Positions 25,112 through 34,326 of a stretch of 42,329 bases of DNA are shown here, piece after piece. The position numbers and the translations under genes are program-made. Location of the stretch: UHGV virus genome UHGV-0385519, one strand, 5' to 3'. Under the pieces are notes generated by a model. That model ran no database searches. It saw only the letters and a list, made by a program, of their open reading frames with translations, and was not told the DNA's origin. Numbering within the stretch: the first letter of the stretch is position 1; the number at the start of each line of letters is the position of its first letter. The stretch is from a virus.

Positions 25112-27403
25112 ATGGAAAACATTGCAAATTTTGACGAAAACAAACCTCTAGCAAAATTATTGTTAGATATTTTTAGTAACTTAAACGGTAATTCTAAGAG
25201 TTACGACCCTATGACTGCTGGGGTACATGATGTAGTAGTAACACATGCAGAGCATAAGTTATCACAAAAAGGTAAAGAAATGAAATTGATTAAGCTACGC
25301 TCACTAACAGATGGGCGTGACGTTACTTCTTACATTATGAAGTTCAGAAAGTTAGATTGGAAAAAGTGGCAAAACATTAACGTAGGTGACCGCTTAAAAG
25401 TAGATGTAAGTTTTAGTAATGGTTTCGCTACAGTAAATCCAATTAGAGTAATTTCTAAAGGTAACGAGATTCCAAAGAAACCAAAGGTAGCGTTATCAAA
25501 ACAAACAATTTTACTGTTTGATATTGAGATATTTAAACATGATAGCTTATTTGTATTCCGTGACTACTTCACTAAAAAGTGGTACATTATTAACAATGAT
25601 TTAGATGCACTACGTCAATTTTATCTTGAATATCGTGATTCTATGTTTATTGGATATAATAATGCTTCATATGATAATACAGTAATGCGTGCATATTTAC
25701 AAGGTAAAAACGCATTTCAATTATCTAATGTCGTTATCAAGTCAGATGATAGAGGGCTTGCATATAAGATGTTTGATAGCCATAAGACACCACTTTTTGG
25801 AATGGACCTATACCAAGATAATAAGGGTTGGAGTTTGAAAGAACACTGCGCGTTTTTAGGTTTAGACATTAAAGAAACAGAAGTAGACTTTGAGCTTGAC
25901 AGACCGTTAACGGATGAAGAGAAAAAGAAAAACATTGGATACTGTAAGAATGACGTACTAGGAACTGAAAAACGTTTTGAACAGAATTTACCAATGTTAG
26001 TAGCTAAAGCGGTTATCTTGCTTATGTTTGATATGGATAAAATGGATTTAATGAAAACTAATGCTAATTTAACAGCTAGAATGTTAGGAGCAGTTAAAAC
26101 GGAAGTACGTGGTGACCTAACACAACCATTAACATTAGATAAACGCTTAGAAGTGAACACACCTGAAATTAGAGAAGCCTATTTAAACCATGAGTTTGAA
26201 TTAAACGAAGATGGTAAATTGAACGTGTCACTAGAGTATACGGACGAGGATGGATATACATTAGTATATGGTAGTGGTGGTGTTCACGGTGCAAAACCTA
26301 GTTATATCCATATTGGTCGCTTCTTAATGCGTGATTTTGGTTCGCTTTACCCTAACACTATGGAACAATTTAACTTATTGTCACGTAATATACCAGAAGA
26401 TAAGATTCATCGTTATGGTGACTTATTGCAACAACGTATGGATGCTAAGTATTTAGAAGATGATGTGGTTAACATTAGTGGTTTAGATGTTCCAACGTGG
26501 TTAATGGTTAACGGATTAAAATTACCTTTAAATACTAAGTTTGGTGCATCAGGAGCAGAATTTAACGATTTATATGACCCTAGAAACCAGTTCTTAGTAT
26601 GTGCCACAGGTCAGTTAATTATGACAAATATGTATGAAATTATTAAAGGTAAAGCAGATTTCATTCAATCTAATACAGACTGCCACGCGTATATACCTAA
26701 CAGTGAAGCTGATGAACAAGCAATTGATGAAGCTTTAGATGAGTTTTCAGAACGTATTGGTATTACATTAGATAAAGATGAATTTTCAGAAATATGGCAA
26801 AAGGATGTAAATAACTATATTGGTGTCACACCTAAAGGTAAAGTAAAAATCAAAGGTGCTATTGGTTTGACTGGTGGAATGAAAGTATCAAAAGCTGTGG
26901 TATCTAATGCCTTTATCAATTACTTAGTAGCTGGTAAAGATTACAAAGAGTTTATATATGAATGCGAAGATATTCGTCAATTCCAGATTATCTCTAAAAC
27001 TGGGTGGACGTTTGACGGTACTGTTACACGTGATTATTATGGGAATGAAACCAAGGCACAAAAGGTTAACCGTGTGTTTGCCATTAAAGACCCAGAAAAA
27101 GCCGTTACCTTATGGAAAGTAAAAGAGGGTACTTCTTTAGATGTTGAAGCAGATGAATATGTAGATAATACTTCATATTGTAAAGCAGTTCCAAACGCAC
27201 CAGAAAATTATATCATTTCTAATGAAGCGTGCGGACATGGTATCCAATTAGATGAAATTGACAAAGACTATTATATTGGACAAGTGGAAGATACGCTAGA
27301 GTTATGGTTTGGTGAGAACTGGAAAGAACGTATTGAACAAGCGCACCATGAACGTAAAGCGCAAGGGTTCAAACCAGTGGAAGTAAAAAATTATATTGAT
27401 TAG
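25112..27403 (+). CDS. Family B DNA polymerase with 3'-5' exonuclease domain and an N-terminal OB-like extension of about 120 aa
   Basis: Exo I LLFDIEIF, Exo II YNNASYDNTVM, Exo III YCKND. PolB motif A DFGSLYPN, motif B-like KLPLNTKFG, motif C-like SNTDC. AAGGGAGG RBS. Confidence 0.8.
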   Translation: MENIANFDENKPLAKLLLDIFSNLNGNSKSYDPMTAGVHDVVVTHAEHKLSQKGKEMKLIKLRSLTDGRDVTSYIMKFRKLDWKKWQNINVGDRLKVDVSFSNGFATVNPIRVISKGNEIPKKPKVALSKQTILLFDIEIFKHDSLFVFRDYFTKKWYIINNDLDALRQFYLEYRDSMFIGYNNASYDNTVMRAYLQGKNAFQLSNVVIKSDDRGLAYKMFDSHKTPLFGMDLYQDNKGWSLKEHCAFLGLDIKETEVDFELDRPLTDEEKKKNIGYCKNDVLGTEKRFEQNLPMLVAKAVILLMFDMDKMDLMKTNANLTARMLGAVKTEVRGDLTQPLTLDKRLEVNTPEIREAYLNHEFELNEDGKLNVSLEYTDEDGYTLVYGSGGVHGAKPSYIHIGRFLMRDFGSLYPNTMEQFNLLSRNIPEDKIHRYGDLLQQRMDAKYLEDDVVNISGLDVPTWLMVNGLKLPLNTKFGASGAEFNDLYDPRNQFLVCATGQLIMTNMYEIIKGKADFIQSNTDCHAYIPNSEADEQAIDEALDEFSERIGITLDKDEFSEIWQKDVNNYIGVTPKGKVKIKGAIGLTGGMKVSKAVVSNAFINYLVAGKDYKEFIYECEDIRQFQIISKTGWTFDGTVTRDYYGNETKAQKVNRVFAIKDPEKAVTLWKVKEGTSLDVEADEYVDNTSYCKAVPNAPENYIISNEACGHGIQLDEIDKDYYIGQVEDTLELWFGENWKERIEQAHHERKAQGFKPVEVKNYID

Positions 27404-27496
27404 AAATTTCTAATCAATATATAATTTAATTCTAAGTACACATAAGCACTGGTAATGTATACTATTAGTATAAGATAAAGAGAGGAAGTAATAGGA

Positions 27497-27667
27497 ATGA
27501 AAAAAATACTTATCAGTGCTTATTATTTAACAGACAGACATCCTGATGGAGGAATTGTAAAAGTGGTTAATATGAATAAAGAAACTGCCACCGTTTACTA
27601 TGTATTTGATAGAAATAAAAAAGAGCTTACAGTTAATGTGTCAGACTTATATTTTGATGAAGATTAA
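27497..27667 (+). CDS. Hypothetical small protein (56 aa)
   Basis: GAGAGGAAG RBS. Not in the track. Confidence 0.35.
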   Translation: MKKILISAYYLTDRHPDGGIVKVVNMNKETATVYYVFDRNKKELTVNVSDLYFDED

Positions 27668-27681
27668 TAGGAGGAATTTAA

Positions 27682-27918
27682 ATGATTACAGTATATACTA
27701 AAAACAATTGCATGCCTTGCAAAATGACAAAACGTAAATTACAAGAGTTAGGTGTTAACTATAAAGAACACAATGTTGATGAAGAACCAGAAGCATTAGA
27801 GTATTTAATGGAAAAAGGATACCGTTCACTACCTGTTGTATTTAAAAACATTGTTGATGATGAACCTGTTGTAATTGGTGGATATGCACCAAACATCTTA
27901 GAAACCATTGTTTCATAG
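27682..27918 (+). CDS. nrdH: NrdH-like glutaredoxin/redoxin
   Basis: 78 aa with a CMPC (CxxC) active site near the N-terminus. Size and layout of NrdH. TAGGAGG RBS. Confidence 0.65.
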   Translation: MITVYTKNNCMPCKMTKRKLQELGVNYKEHNVDEEPEALEYLMEKGYRSLPVVFKNIVDDEPVVIGGYAPNILETIVS

Positions 27919-27972
27919 GAGCATTCTAAGCGCGTTTCAGATTAAAAGTAAGGTGATTATACATTAAAACGC

Positions 27973-28004
27973 AAATAAAGACACCCTATATAGGGTGTCT
28001 TTTT
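27973..28004. terminator. Bidirectional rho-independent terminator at the convergence of the early (+) and late (-) arms
   Basis: Perfect palindrome GACACCCTATATAGGGTGTC (27980-27999), with an A-run before and a T5 run after. Confidence 0.75.
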
Positions 28005-28006
28005 GC

Positions 28007-29107
28007 TTATACTAATGTACCCCACGTGTTGTTAGGGTCGCCATCGTTTGGTCCAATTGGTAAATAGATGCGTGTACCATTAGTGTCTGTTCCACCAATC
28101 CATACATAACCATCACCCACTGTGATTTCATCATACTTAAATACCGCACCGTATTTCCATGTTCCGTATACTGGCGCATATACGCTTGGTCGTCCACTAC
28201 GTAAAATAATAGCATCTACACCAATTGTAAACTGATTAAGTGGTTTACTTGGTTTTGGTGGGAACTTAGTGTTAAGGTCCTCTAAGTCGCCAGCGTTAGC
28301 ATATGTTACAAATTTACCGCTGTTTTCAATCTTGTAAGGATTTACTGCACCTTGTTTAACTTCTGTAATTGTACCTACTTGTGTCCATAGACTAGCACCA
28401 GCTACGAATGGTACTACTGGTCCATTGTGTGATTTGTGACCGTTATAAATGTAAACATTTTGACCTTTTTTGAATGTCTTTTGTTTGCTTGGTGTTGGTT
28501 TTACTGATTCACCAGATACCCCATTAGCTAAGTCTTTAGCAAGTTGTGCTTTGCTGATTCCCATTTCTGCTAAATAACCATATGGGTCTGTGTGGTCACC
28601 CCATACATAATCTGATACCCACTTATGAGAAACCACGCCTTTTTCCCAAACAGATGCGCCTTGGTCTAATACCATAGGAATACTGTATTTTCTACCCATG
28701 TCGCGGGTATAGTCAATATACGCTTTGTAGTTCTTTTTAAATAACTCTTTGTCGTGAGTGTGTTGTAACTCAATTTGAATAGGTGCATATGGATTTGCAT
28801 TACCAGCACCCCATGTTACGTTGCCCTCTGGTGCGATTTTATAGACAATCCCACCATCACCAATAATAGCGGTTGTGTGAGCATTGAACCAGTTATTTTT
28901 CATGTAAGTAGCTTCATTACGTCCTGTAGCGCGTTCATTAGCCGTTTCATGAAGAATAATCTTGTTAGGATACGCAACCTGTCCTGAACCCTCCCAAGGT
29001 GCTAAATTGAACTCGTTGTTAATCTCGTAAGCATCGGCTTTCATTCCACCAGTCAAACCAATGGTTACTAAAGCTACACCTGTTAATAAAATATTTTTTA
29101 ATTTCAA
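28007..29107 (-). CDS. Endolysin: N-acetylmuramoyl-L-alanine amidase (Amidase_2/PGRP-like) + C-terminal SH3b domain, with N-terminal signal peptide
   Basis: MKLKNILLTGVALVTIGLTGGMKADA signal. ILHETANERATGRNEATYM amidase motif. C-terminal SH3_5-like region. Confidence 0.8.
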   Translation of the reverse strand: MKLKNILLTGVALVTIGLTGGMKADAYEINNEFNLAPWEGSGQVAYPNKIILHETANERATGRNEATYMKNNWFNAHTTAIIGDGGIVYKIAPEGNVTWGAGNANPYAPIQIELQHTHDKELFKKNYKAYIDYTRDMGRKYSIPMVLDQGASVWEKGVVSHKWVSDYVWGDHTDPYGYLAEMGISKAQLAKDLANGVSGESVKPTPSKQKTFKKGQNVYIYNGHKSHNGPVVPFVAGASLWTQVGTITEVKQGAVNPYKIENSGKFVTYANAGDLEDLNTKFPPKPSKPLNQFTIGVDAIILRSGRPSVYAPVYGTWKYGAVFKYDEITVGDGYVWIGGTDTNGTRIYLPIGPNDGDPNNTWGTLV

Positions 29108-29341
29108 TTATTTGTCCTCCTTATTGTCTTTGATTCCATTTGTTGTAGGGTCTATCACAACCCCTAAAATTGATAATACTACGAATACTGCATTAACCAC
29201 GTCAAGCAATTGTTGACTTAAACCAGTTAGGTTTGATAGGTCTAGTCCAAAAATGTTACCCACAACTTGAATTAATACAATTACTGCTGGAATTAATGCA
29301 ACCCAAAATGCCTTGTTTTTGATACGTGCTTTCCAATCCAT
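29108..29341 (-). CDS. Holin (phage phi-LC3 family like)
   Basis: 77 aa. N-terminal KARIKNKAFWVALIPAVI pattern, 2 TM, charged C-terminus. Immediately upstream of the endolysin. Confidence 0.7.
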   Translation of the reverse strand: MDWKARIKNKAFWVALIPAVIVLIQVVGNIFGLDLSNLTGLSQQLLDVVNAVFVVLSILGVVIDPTTNGIKDNKEDK

Positions 29342-29355
29342 CCTATATCATCTCC

Positions 29356-29601
29356 TTATAATATTGTTATAATTGCGCCAATAACGGCAACAATAATAGC
29401 GCCTGATACGGTGCGCGTTAGCCATGTTAAGCGGTCGTTTATACTAGCAATATCCTTTTCATTCTGAATAGAACGATGATGGGTTTCACTCAATAAGTTA
29501 TTATTGGCTTTCAACTCATTCTTTAATTCTGGTATACCCTCCAAGTTAGATTCAATTCTAGCTAGTTGTACTTTTATTTCCATAAAGTCCTTTTCTTCCA
29601 C
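29356..29601 (-). CDS. XhlA-like haemolysin/holin-associated membrane protein
   Basis: 81 aa. N-terminal coiled coil and a single C-terminal TM (GAIIVAVIGAIITIL). GTG start after AGGAG. Confidence 0.6.
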   Translation of the reverse strand: MEEKDFMEIKVQLARIESNLEGIPELKNELKANNNLLSETHHRSIQNEKDIASINDRLTWLTRTVSGAIIVAVIGAIITIL

Positions 29602-29747
29602 GTCTTACATCTCCTATCTTAGTATTATCACCGCCTTTCAGCTACTAATATAGTATACCAAAGATTTAAGGGAAATGGAGTGCTTCATACGCGCATTCTA
29701 AGCGTTTTTCAGATTAAAAGTAATGTAAATATACGTTAAAACGCAAA

Positions 29748-29779
29748 TAAAAACACCTCTAAAAAAGAGGTGTTTTATA
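29748..29779. terminator. Rho-independent (bidirectional) terminator between the tail gene and the lysis cassette
   Basis: ACACCTCT-AAAAAA-AGAGGTGT hairpin flanked by A- and T-runs. 4 nt from the stop of 29783..32170. Confidence 0.7.
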
Positions 29780-29782
29780 GTG

Positions 29783-32170
29783 TTATGCAGTTGGGAACCA
29801 TTCTTCTAATTGAACGTTTACCAAACGCATTGCCATCAAGTTGTTTCTGCTAGGTCGTAACTCTAATACACAACCGAACCATTGACCAGCCTTAACATCA
29901 AATACAACGGTTGCTGTACCAACCCATTGTAAACGCACAGAATCGCTTGCGCCCGTACCAATTGCGGAGGATAACATTACCCCTCCTGATGTAGTTTTCA
30001 ACTCATTATAGGTATTTTTAACTTGTAATTTACAATACGCATAGTCTGATGAGGTAGTCGCGTTGTCGCCTTGCATTAACACTGTGGCTTGCATTTTTAT
30101 CCTAGCATCGCGCTGTGCTTGGAACGCATCGTTTGTACTAGCGGGTTGTACAAAATTATTTAAACCATTAATATCTGTGTTAAAACCTAGAGCAACCAAA
30201 CCACCAAACTTGAATAGGTTAGTAGTTTTTGCGTTGAGGGTATTTACACCCTCACCCCATGCGGACATGTTAGGGCTGTGACCATTAACTTTGATTAACC
30301 CACCAGTTAACTCTGTTGTACCTGTAATTTTTGCTAGTCCATCACCCTCCCTAGTCGTGGTTACGAATGTAAGACCTTTTGGTTCTAATGTTACCTGTTG
30401 GTTTACTTCTGTATTAGCTTTTGTATAGTCTAACTCACTTAGATACACGCGACTTGATGAAAGTAAACCATGAGATTTTTTCTCTATAGTTGTACCTGTT
30501 GCAACATCATAGTTGTTGGTGCTATTAAGAATTTGCCCATACTGAATTGTTGTACTCTCTTCCGTTCTAAGTTTTTCTAATGTTGAGCCTGTTGGAATGA
30601 TATAGGTATCATTATCTTGTACAATAGCACCATCACTAATTACAGTTGTTCCTTGTCTGCGTGCTTGACCACCACTAATAGGCTCTGTTTTATTCCATGT
30701 ATTGATAAATTCAGAACCATTAATAATTGAACCATTAATGTTAACCGCATTTAACGTTTCAATATTCAATACAGATTGGTCAATTGTTTGGTCTTGCCAT
30801 TGACCATCTTTATATACCTTGTACGCATTAACACGCTTTTCAGGCTCTGCTTTTGGTGTAGCTTCTAATGGTTGCACATCGCTCAATCTCAATAATCTAG
30901 CTGGCTCTACAGTAGGTTGCACGGTTTCTTGAACCCACCAGATATCATTTTCTTTTGGTGTTGCTGGCTCTTCCTCTTGTACAAAAACACGTGGTACACT
31001 ATTGAATTTAGCTGTAGTATCATTCTTTATATTTATTTGAATATCTCTTAATTGTTCCGCAATACCTGAACTTAAACGAACAAAATCAGATAATACGGCT
31101 TCGCATGAACCAGATTCATAATTGAACGTTAACTGTTGAACACGTGAACTAAGATATAGTTTTTCGTTTTCGTCAACTAATTCAACGGTATCGCCAACTT
31201 GTAACATGTCTGGAATGTTTGCAATATCCACTACATAATTAATCACTGGTTGACTGTATTTCTTTAAATGGGAAACCACATTATTGACTAAGGTTTTCTT
31301 ATCTGTTGTTTCCCATGTCTTATGCTGTAAGAAATAGTGTGAATTTGTGTTAGTTCTGGACCATTGTTTAATGTTCTGCGTATCACGTATAATACCATCT
31401 GACTTATTTAATGTGAATCTACCATCTGGGTCTGTCCATGAATAACCCTTTAAGTTAATAGGGTTTTCCGCACCCTCTGGTGTTCCACCTGTTGCATAAA
31501 TAGCATTTACAAGTTCATAAATATCTTCTTCCACCACAATAGAATGCACATCTTTATTTACGTATAATCTGTGAAAATCATCTGTACCACGTTTCTTTTT
31601 AATATCAATATATCTCTGTACCAGCTCGTTACCTCTAAACTCAAAACGAAACTCAATCTCTGCATTGTCAAACTGTGTGGCTACTGATTGGATACGCTCT
31701 AAAGCCGTAGCTTCACCATCCCATTCTAGTTTGCGTGTTAGCTTACTAATTTCATTTAAACCAATTGTAAACCCACTATCGTAAGTGAATTTATTAATGT
31801 AGTACGCAATGTTATAGGCTTTGTCTGCTTTATATTCACCCACTGTTTCATTTAGTAAGTCTAAGCCAGCATCCTCACATTCAAGAGTTCTAACTTGTGT
31901 TAGTGGGTCGTGCTTTGATTTAAGAATAGTCATCCACTCATATTTACCATTTAAGTCAATATACAAAACGTAGTTACCAACCTTAAAAAAGTCTTTGGCT
32001 AACCCTGTTGTTTCAGGTGTGAAACTAATTTCCATAGTCATTCTACGAGAAGATGTTTCCAAGTTAGAAACATCTTCCGCACTGATAACTTTAAATTGTG
32101 TACTTCCGTTTGTAGAAACCACTGTTTCTAGTTTAAAAGTTCTATCTGTAATATAAAAATCCATATCCAT
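29783..32170 (-). CDS. Tail-associated lysin / tail fibre-RBP protein (prophage tail endopeptidase-type N-terminal domain, long C-terminal receptor-binding region)
   Basis: 795 aa. N-terminus matches the siphovirus Tal pattern. Position follows Dit. Confidence 0.65.
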   Translation of the reverse strand: MDMDFYITDRTFKLETVVSTNGSTQFKVISAEDVSNLETSSRRMTMEISFTPETTGLAKDFFKVGNYVLYIDLNGKYEWMTILKSKHDPLTQVRTLECEDAGLDLLNETVGEYKADKAYNIAYYINKFTYDSGFTIGLNEISKLTRKLEWDGEATALERIQSVATQFDNAEIEFRFEFRGNELVQRYIDIKKKRGTDDFHRLYVNKDVHSIVVEEDIYELVNAIYATGGTPEGAENPINLKGYSWTDPDGRFTLNKSDGIIRDTQNIKQWSRTNTNSHYFLQHKTWETTDKKTLVNNVVSHLKKYSQPVINYVVDIANIPDMLQVGDTVELVDENEKLYLSSRVQQLTFNYESGSCEAVLSDFVRLSSGIAEQLRDIQINIKNDTTAKFNSVPRVFVQEEEPATPKENDIWWVQETVQPTVEPARLLRLSDVQPLEATPKAEPEKRVNAYKVYKDGQWQDQTIDQSVLNIETLNAVNINGSIINGSEFINTWNKTEPISGGQARRQGTTVISDGAIVQDNDTYIIPTGSTLEKLRTEESTTIQYGQILNSTNNYDVATGTTIEKKSHGLLSSSRVYLSELDYTKANTEVNQQVTLEPKGLTFVTTTREGDGLAKITGTTELTGGLIKVNGHSPNMSAWGEGVNTLNAKTTNLFKFGGLVALGFNTDINGLNNFVQPASTNDAFQAQRDARIKMQATVLMQGDNATTSSDYAYCKLQVKNTYNELKTTSGGVMLSSAIGTGASDSVRLQWVGTATVVFDVKAGQWFGCVLELRPSRNNLMAMRLVNVQLEEWFPTA

Positions 32171-32175
32171 TCCTC

Positions 32176-34257
32176 CTATAAATATCTCTCATTTACGCTA
32201 ACAGACACTTCTGGATTTAATGCAAAATCAGAAAATACTGGTTTTATGATGGTTTCACCTACTGGTAAAACAAATTTTTCCCAATCATTACCTAGTGTGT
32301 TTAATTGTCCGTTGACTGTACCATTTACCAACAATGTCCTTGTTGCGGTATCAATCGTTACTAGGTCACCATTTTGGAATACGTTTTTAACATCTTGTAA
32401 ATAAGGCGTGTCTTTCCATCTCATTTTAGCATCTGTAATATCCATTAATATATGTTGATTAGAGCGCCAACGCTGAAACCAAGTTCCAAACTCGTAGATA
32501 TTCTGTGTGTTCTTTTCATTAATGATATACTTGTATTCATCTTTGATATTCACATTATCATTTTTGTTTAAGTTCTTAATGGAACACAAACGCCATACTA
32601 GTTTATCGCTCAAACGTTCCAGATTAATTTCACGCCAACCGTTAGCAAATTTCTTTTTATCTAATGTATAGGTATATACAACTTTGCCTTGATATATGAT
32701 TTCCATTAAAATATTATCACTGGTTGTCGTAGAATCACGGAATACTACACCCATTACATATGCACCCTCTGTATCAACTAGGTTCATTTCCATACGCCCC
32801 ATAGCTTGAATAGCTCTATCAAACTTGAAATTGAAACGTATGTTTGCTGTAAAGTTTAATGTTCTATCATTAGTAGAACTAGGTGGAATAATAGCAACCA
32901 TACTAGGTCCATGCCAATATTGGTCGTTTGCACTACCAAACACAGGGGTTGCACTGTTTGGGTCTTTTGCCATATCTATAGAGCCGTCAAAAATGTTTGG
33001 TTTGCTTGGGTCGCCAGCATAGTTAGGATAACTAGAAACGAACCCCTCGTTGACTTTAAATTCAGGTGGTAACGTATTACCCCAAAATGACCACCATTTA
33101 ACTGTTTCAACTTTTGTCTTTTCAATATAATCTTTTTCTGCTGGGTATCCAAATTGTAACACATTACCTTTACCATCCACTAAACCACAGAAACCATTGT
33201 CACTATTCATTTTAAAACTATACGTTGGATAGGACTTGTATGTTCCATTATTTTGAATAGTTAGGTTTTCCTCATATTGGAACTCTGATGGAATATATAC
33301 GCCTGTTTGTTCTGGGTTTAAATACATGTAAGGTCTTGACCAAGCAACGCTAAACGCATCACCATACGCGCCAAACGCTAAATTAATACCTTTGCAATTT
33401 TCGTTTTCTATACGGATGTCTAAAAAGAAGTGTTGCCAATATGTTGTGCCTTTTGGTATTTCTCTTGTGTGACGTTTTAAGATTCGTAGTGGTGCATCGC
33501 CCCATTCTTCTAAAATAAGCGCACCAGCAACTTCTGGTACATCATCATCAATATAACTCTTGAAAGTAATACCACATACAACCCTATCGCCTTTTTTGAG
33601 TGTTGGTATCATCCGTCTAGTGTATTGATTCATCTGAAACCATGCTTGCCCTTTCGTGCTGTTTCTATCATAATCATATGGAATACCACTAGTGAAGTCT
33701 GCACCTACTACTGTAGAGTTCATTCTCTTTTCAGTTAACACCTTAACCCACGGTTTTAAATACTGGTCAATCTTAGTGAACTCGCTATCATAGATTAAAT
33801 TAACAGTACCACTCTTAACATTTGTAAAGCCAGCTGGGTTGATAGCGTGTGCCAATCCGTCAGGAACTTCAAACTCTAATGTGAGCGGTGTATACTTAGG
33901 GTCTGTTGCATCATACTCTTGTGTACCTGTATAAATAGCGTTGAAATATCTGTCTGGAAACAAGTCTAAAATTAACTGTTGAGGTTCATCACTATTGATT
34001 AATTTTACTAACTCATCCTTAGTATCTGAAACACTCATACCACTGTTGTCTGTGATAATGAAACCATCTATAGTTATACTAAAGTCACCTAGGCGCGTAT
34101 TTCTAAAGTGTTTACCATCCGTATTCCCAACTGTGAAAAAATCATTTTCTTTAGATAGGAATGGTATATTAACTTTAGCTATCTGGAATAGATGGCTTGT
34201 TTCGTTACCGCCAAAAGTGAAGCTTCTTAAAAAATCATATTTTTCTGCCATTCTCAT
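32176..34257 (-). CDS. Distal tail protein (Dit, Sipho_tail family), evolved long form
   Basis: 693 aa. N-terminal 150 aa are Dit-like, then a large insertion typical of carbohydrate-binding evolved Dits. Lies between TMP and Tal. Confidence 0.65.
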   Translation of the reverse strand: MRMAEKYDFLRSFTFGGNETSHLFQIAKVNIPFLSKENDFFTVGNTDGKHFRNTRLGDFSITIDGFIITDNSGMSVSDTKDELVKLINSDEPQQLILDLFPDRYFNAIYTGTQEYDATDPKYTPLTLEFEVPDGLAHAINPAGFTNVKSGTVNLIYDSEFTKIDQYLKPWVKVLTEKRMNSTVVGADFTSGIPYDYDRNSTKGQAWFQMNQYTRRMIPTLKKGDRVVCGITFKSYIDDDVPEVAGALILEEWGDAPLRILKRHTREIPKGTTYWQHFFLDIRIENENCKGINLAFGAYGDAFSVAWSRPYMYLNPEQTGVYIPSEFQYEENLTIQNNGTYKSYPTYSFKMNSDNGFCGLVDGKGNVLQFGYPAEKDYIEKTKVETVKWWSFWGNTLPPEFKVNEGFVSSYPNYAGDPSKPNIFDGSIDMAKDPNSATPVFGSANDQYWHGPSMVAIIPPSSTNDRTLNFTANIRFNFKFDRAIQAMGRMEMNLVDTEGAYVMGVVFRDSTTTSDNILMEIIYQGKVVYTYTLDKKKFANGWREINLERLSDKLVWRLCSIKNLNKNDNVNIKDEYKYIINEKNTQNIYEFGTWFQRWRSNQHILMDITDAKMRWKDTPYLQDVKNVFQNGDLVTIDTATRTLLVNGTVNGQLNTLGNDWEKFVLPVGETIIKPVFSDFALNPEVSVSVNERYL

Positions 34258-34326
34258 TCTCCTTTATCTTTTAATCTACTAGTATTATAACACAAAAAAA
34301 CCCCCTTGTAAAGGAGGTTTTTAAAA

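Noticed and set aside
8320-26607. Minus-strand ORFs in the track within the early arm (8320..8577, 8835..9020, 12744..12992, 14371..14658, 16873..17091, 17554..17949, 21219..21452, 23016..23324, 23839..24063, 24239..24529, 25717..26160, 26413..26607)
   Set aside because: All lie antisense inside well-supported plus-strand genes, lack RBSs, and have Ser/Leu-rich low-complexity translations typical of antisense AT-rich coding DNA.
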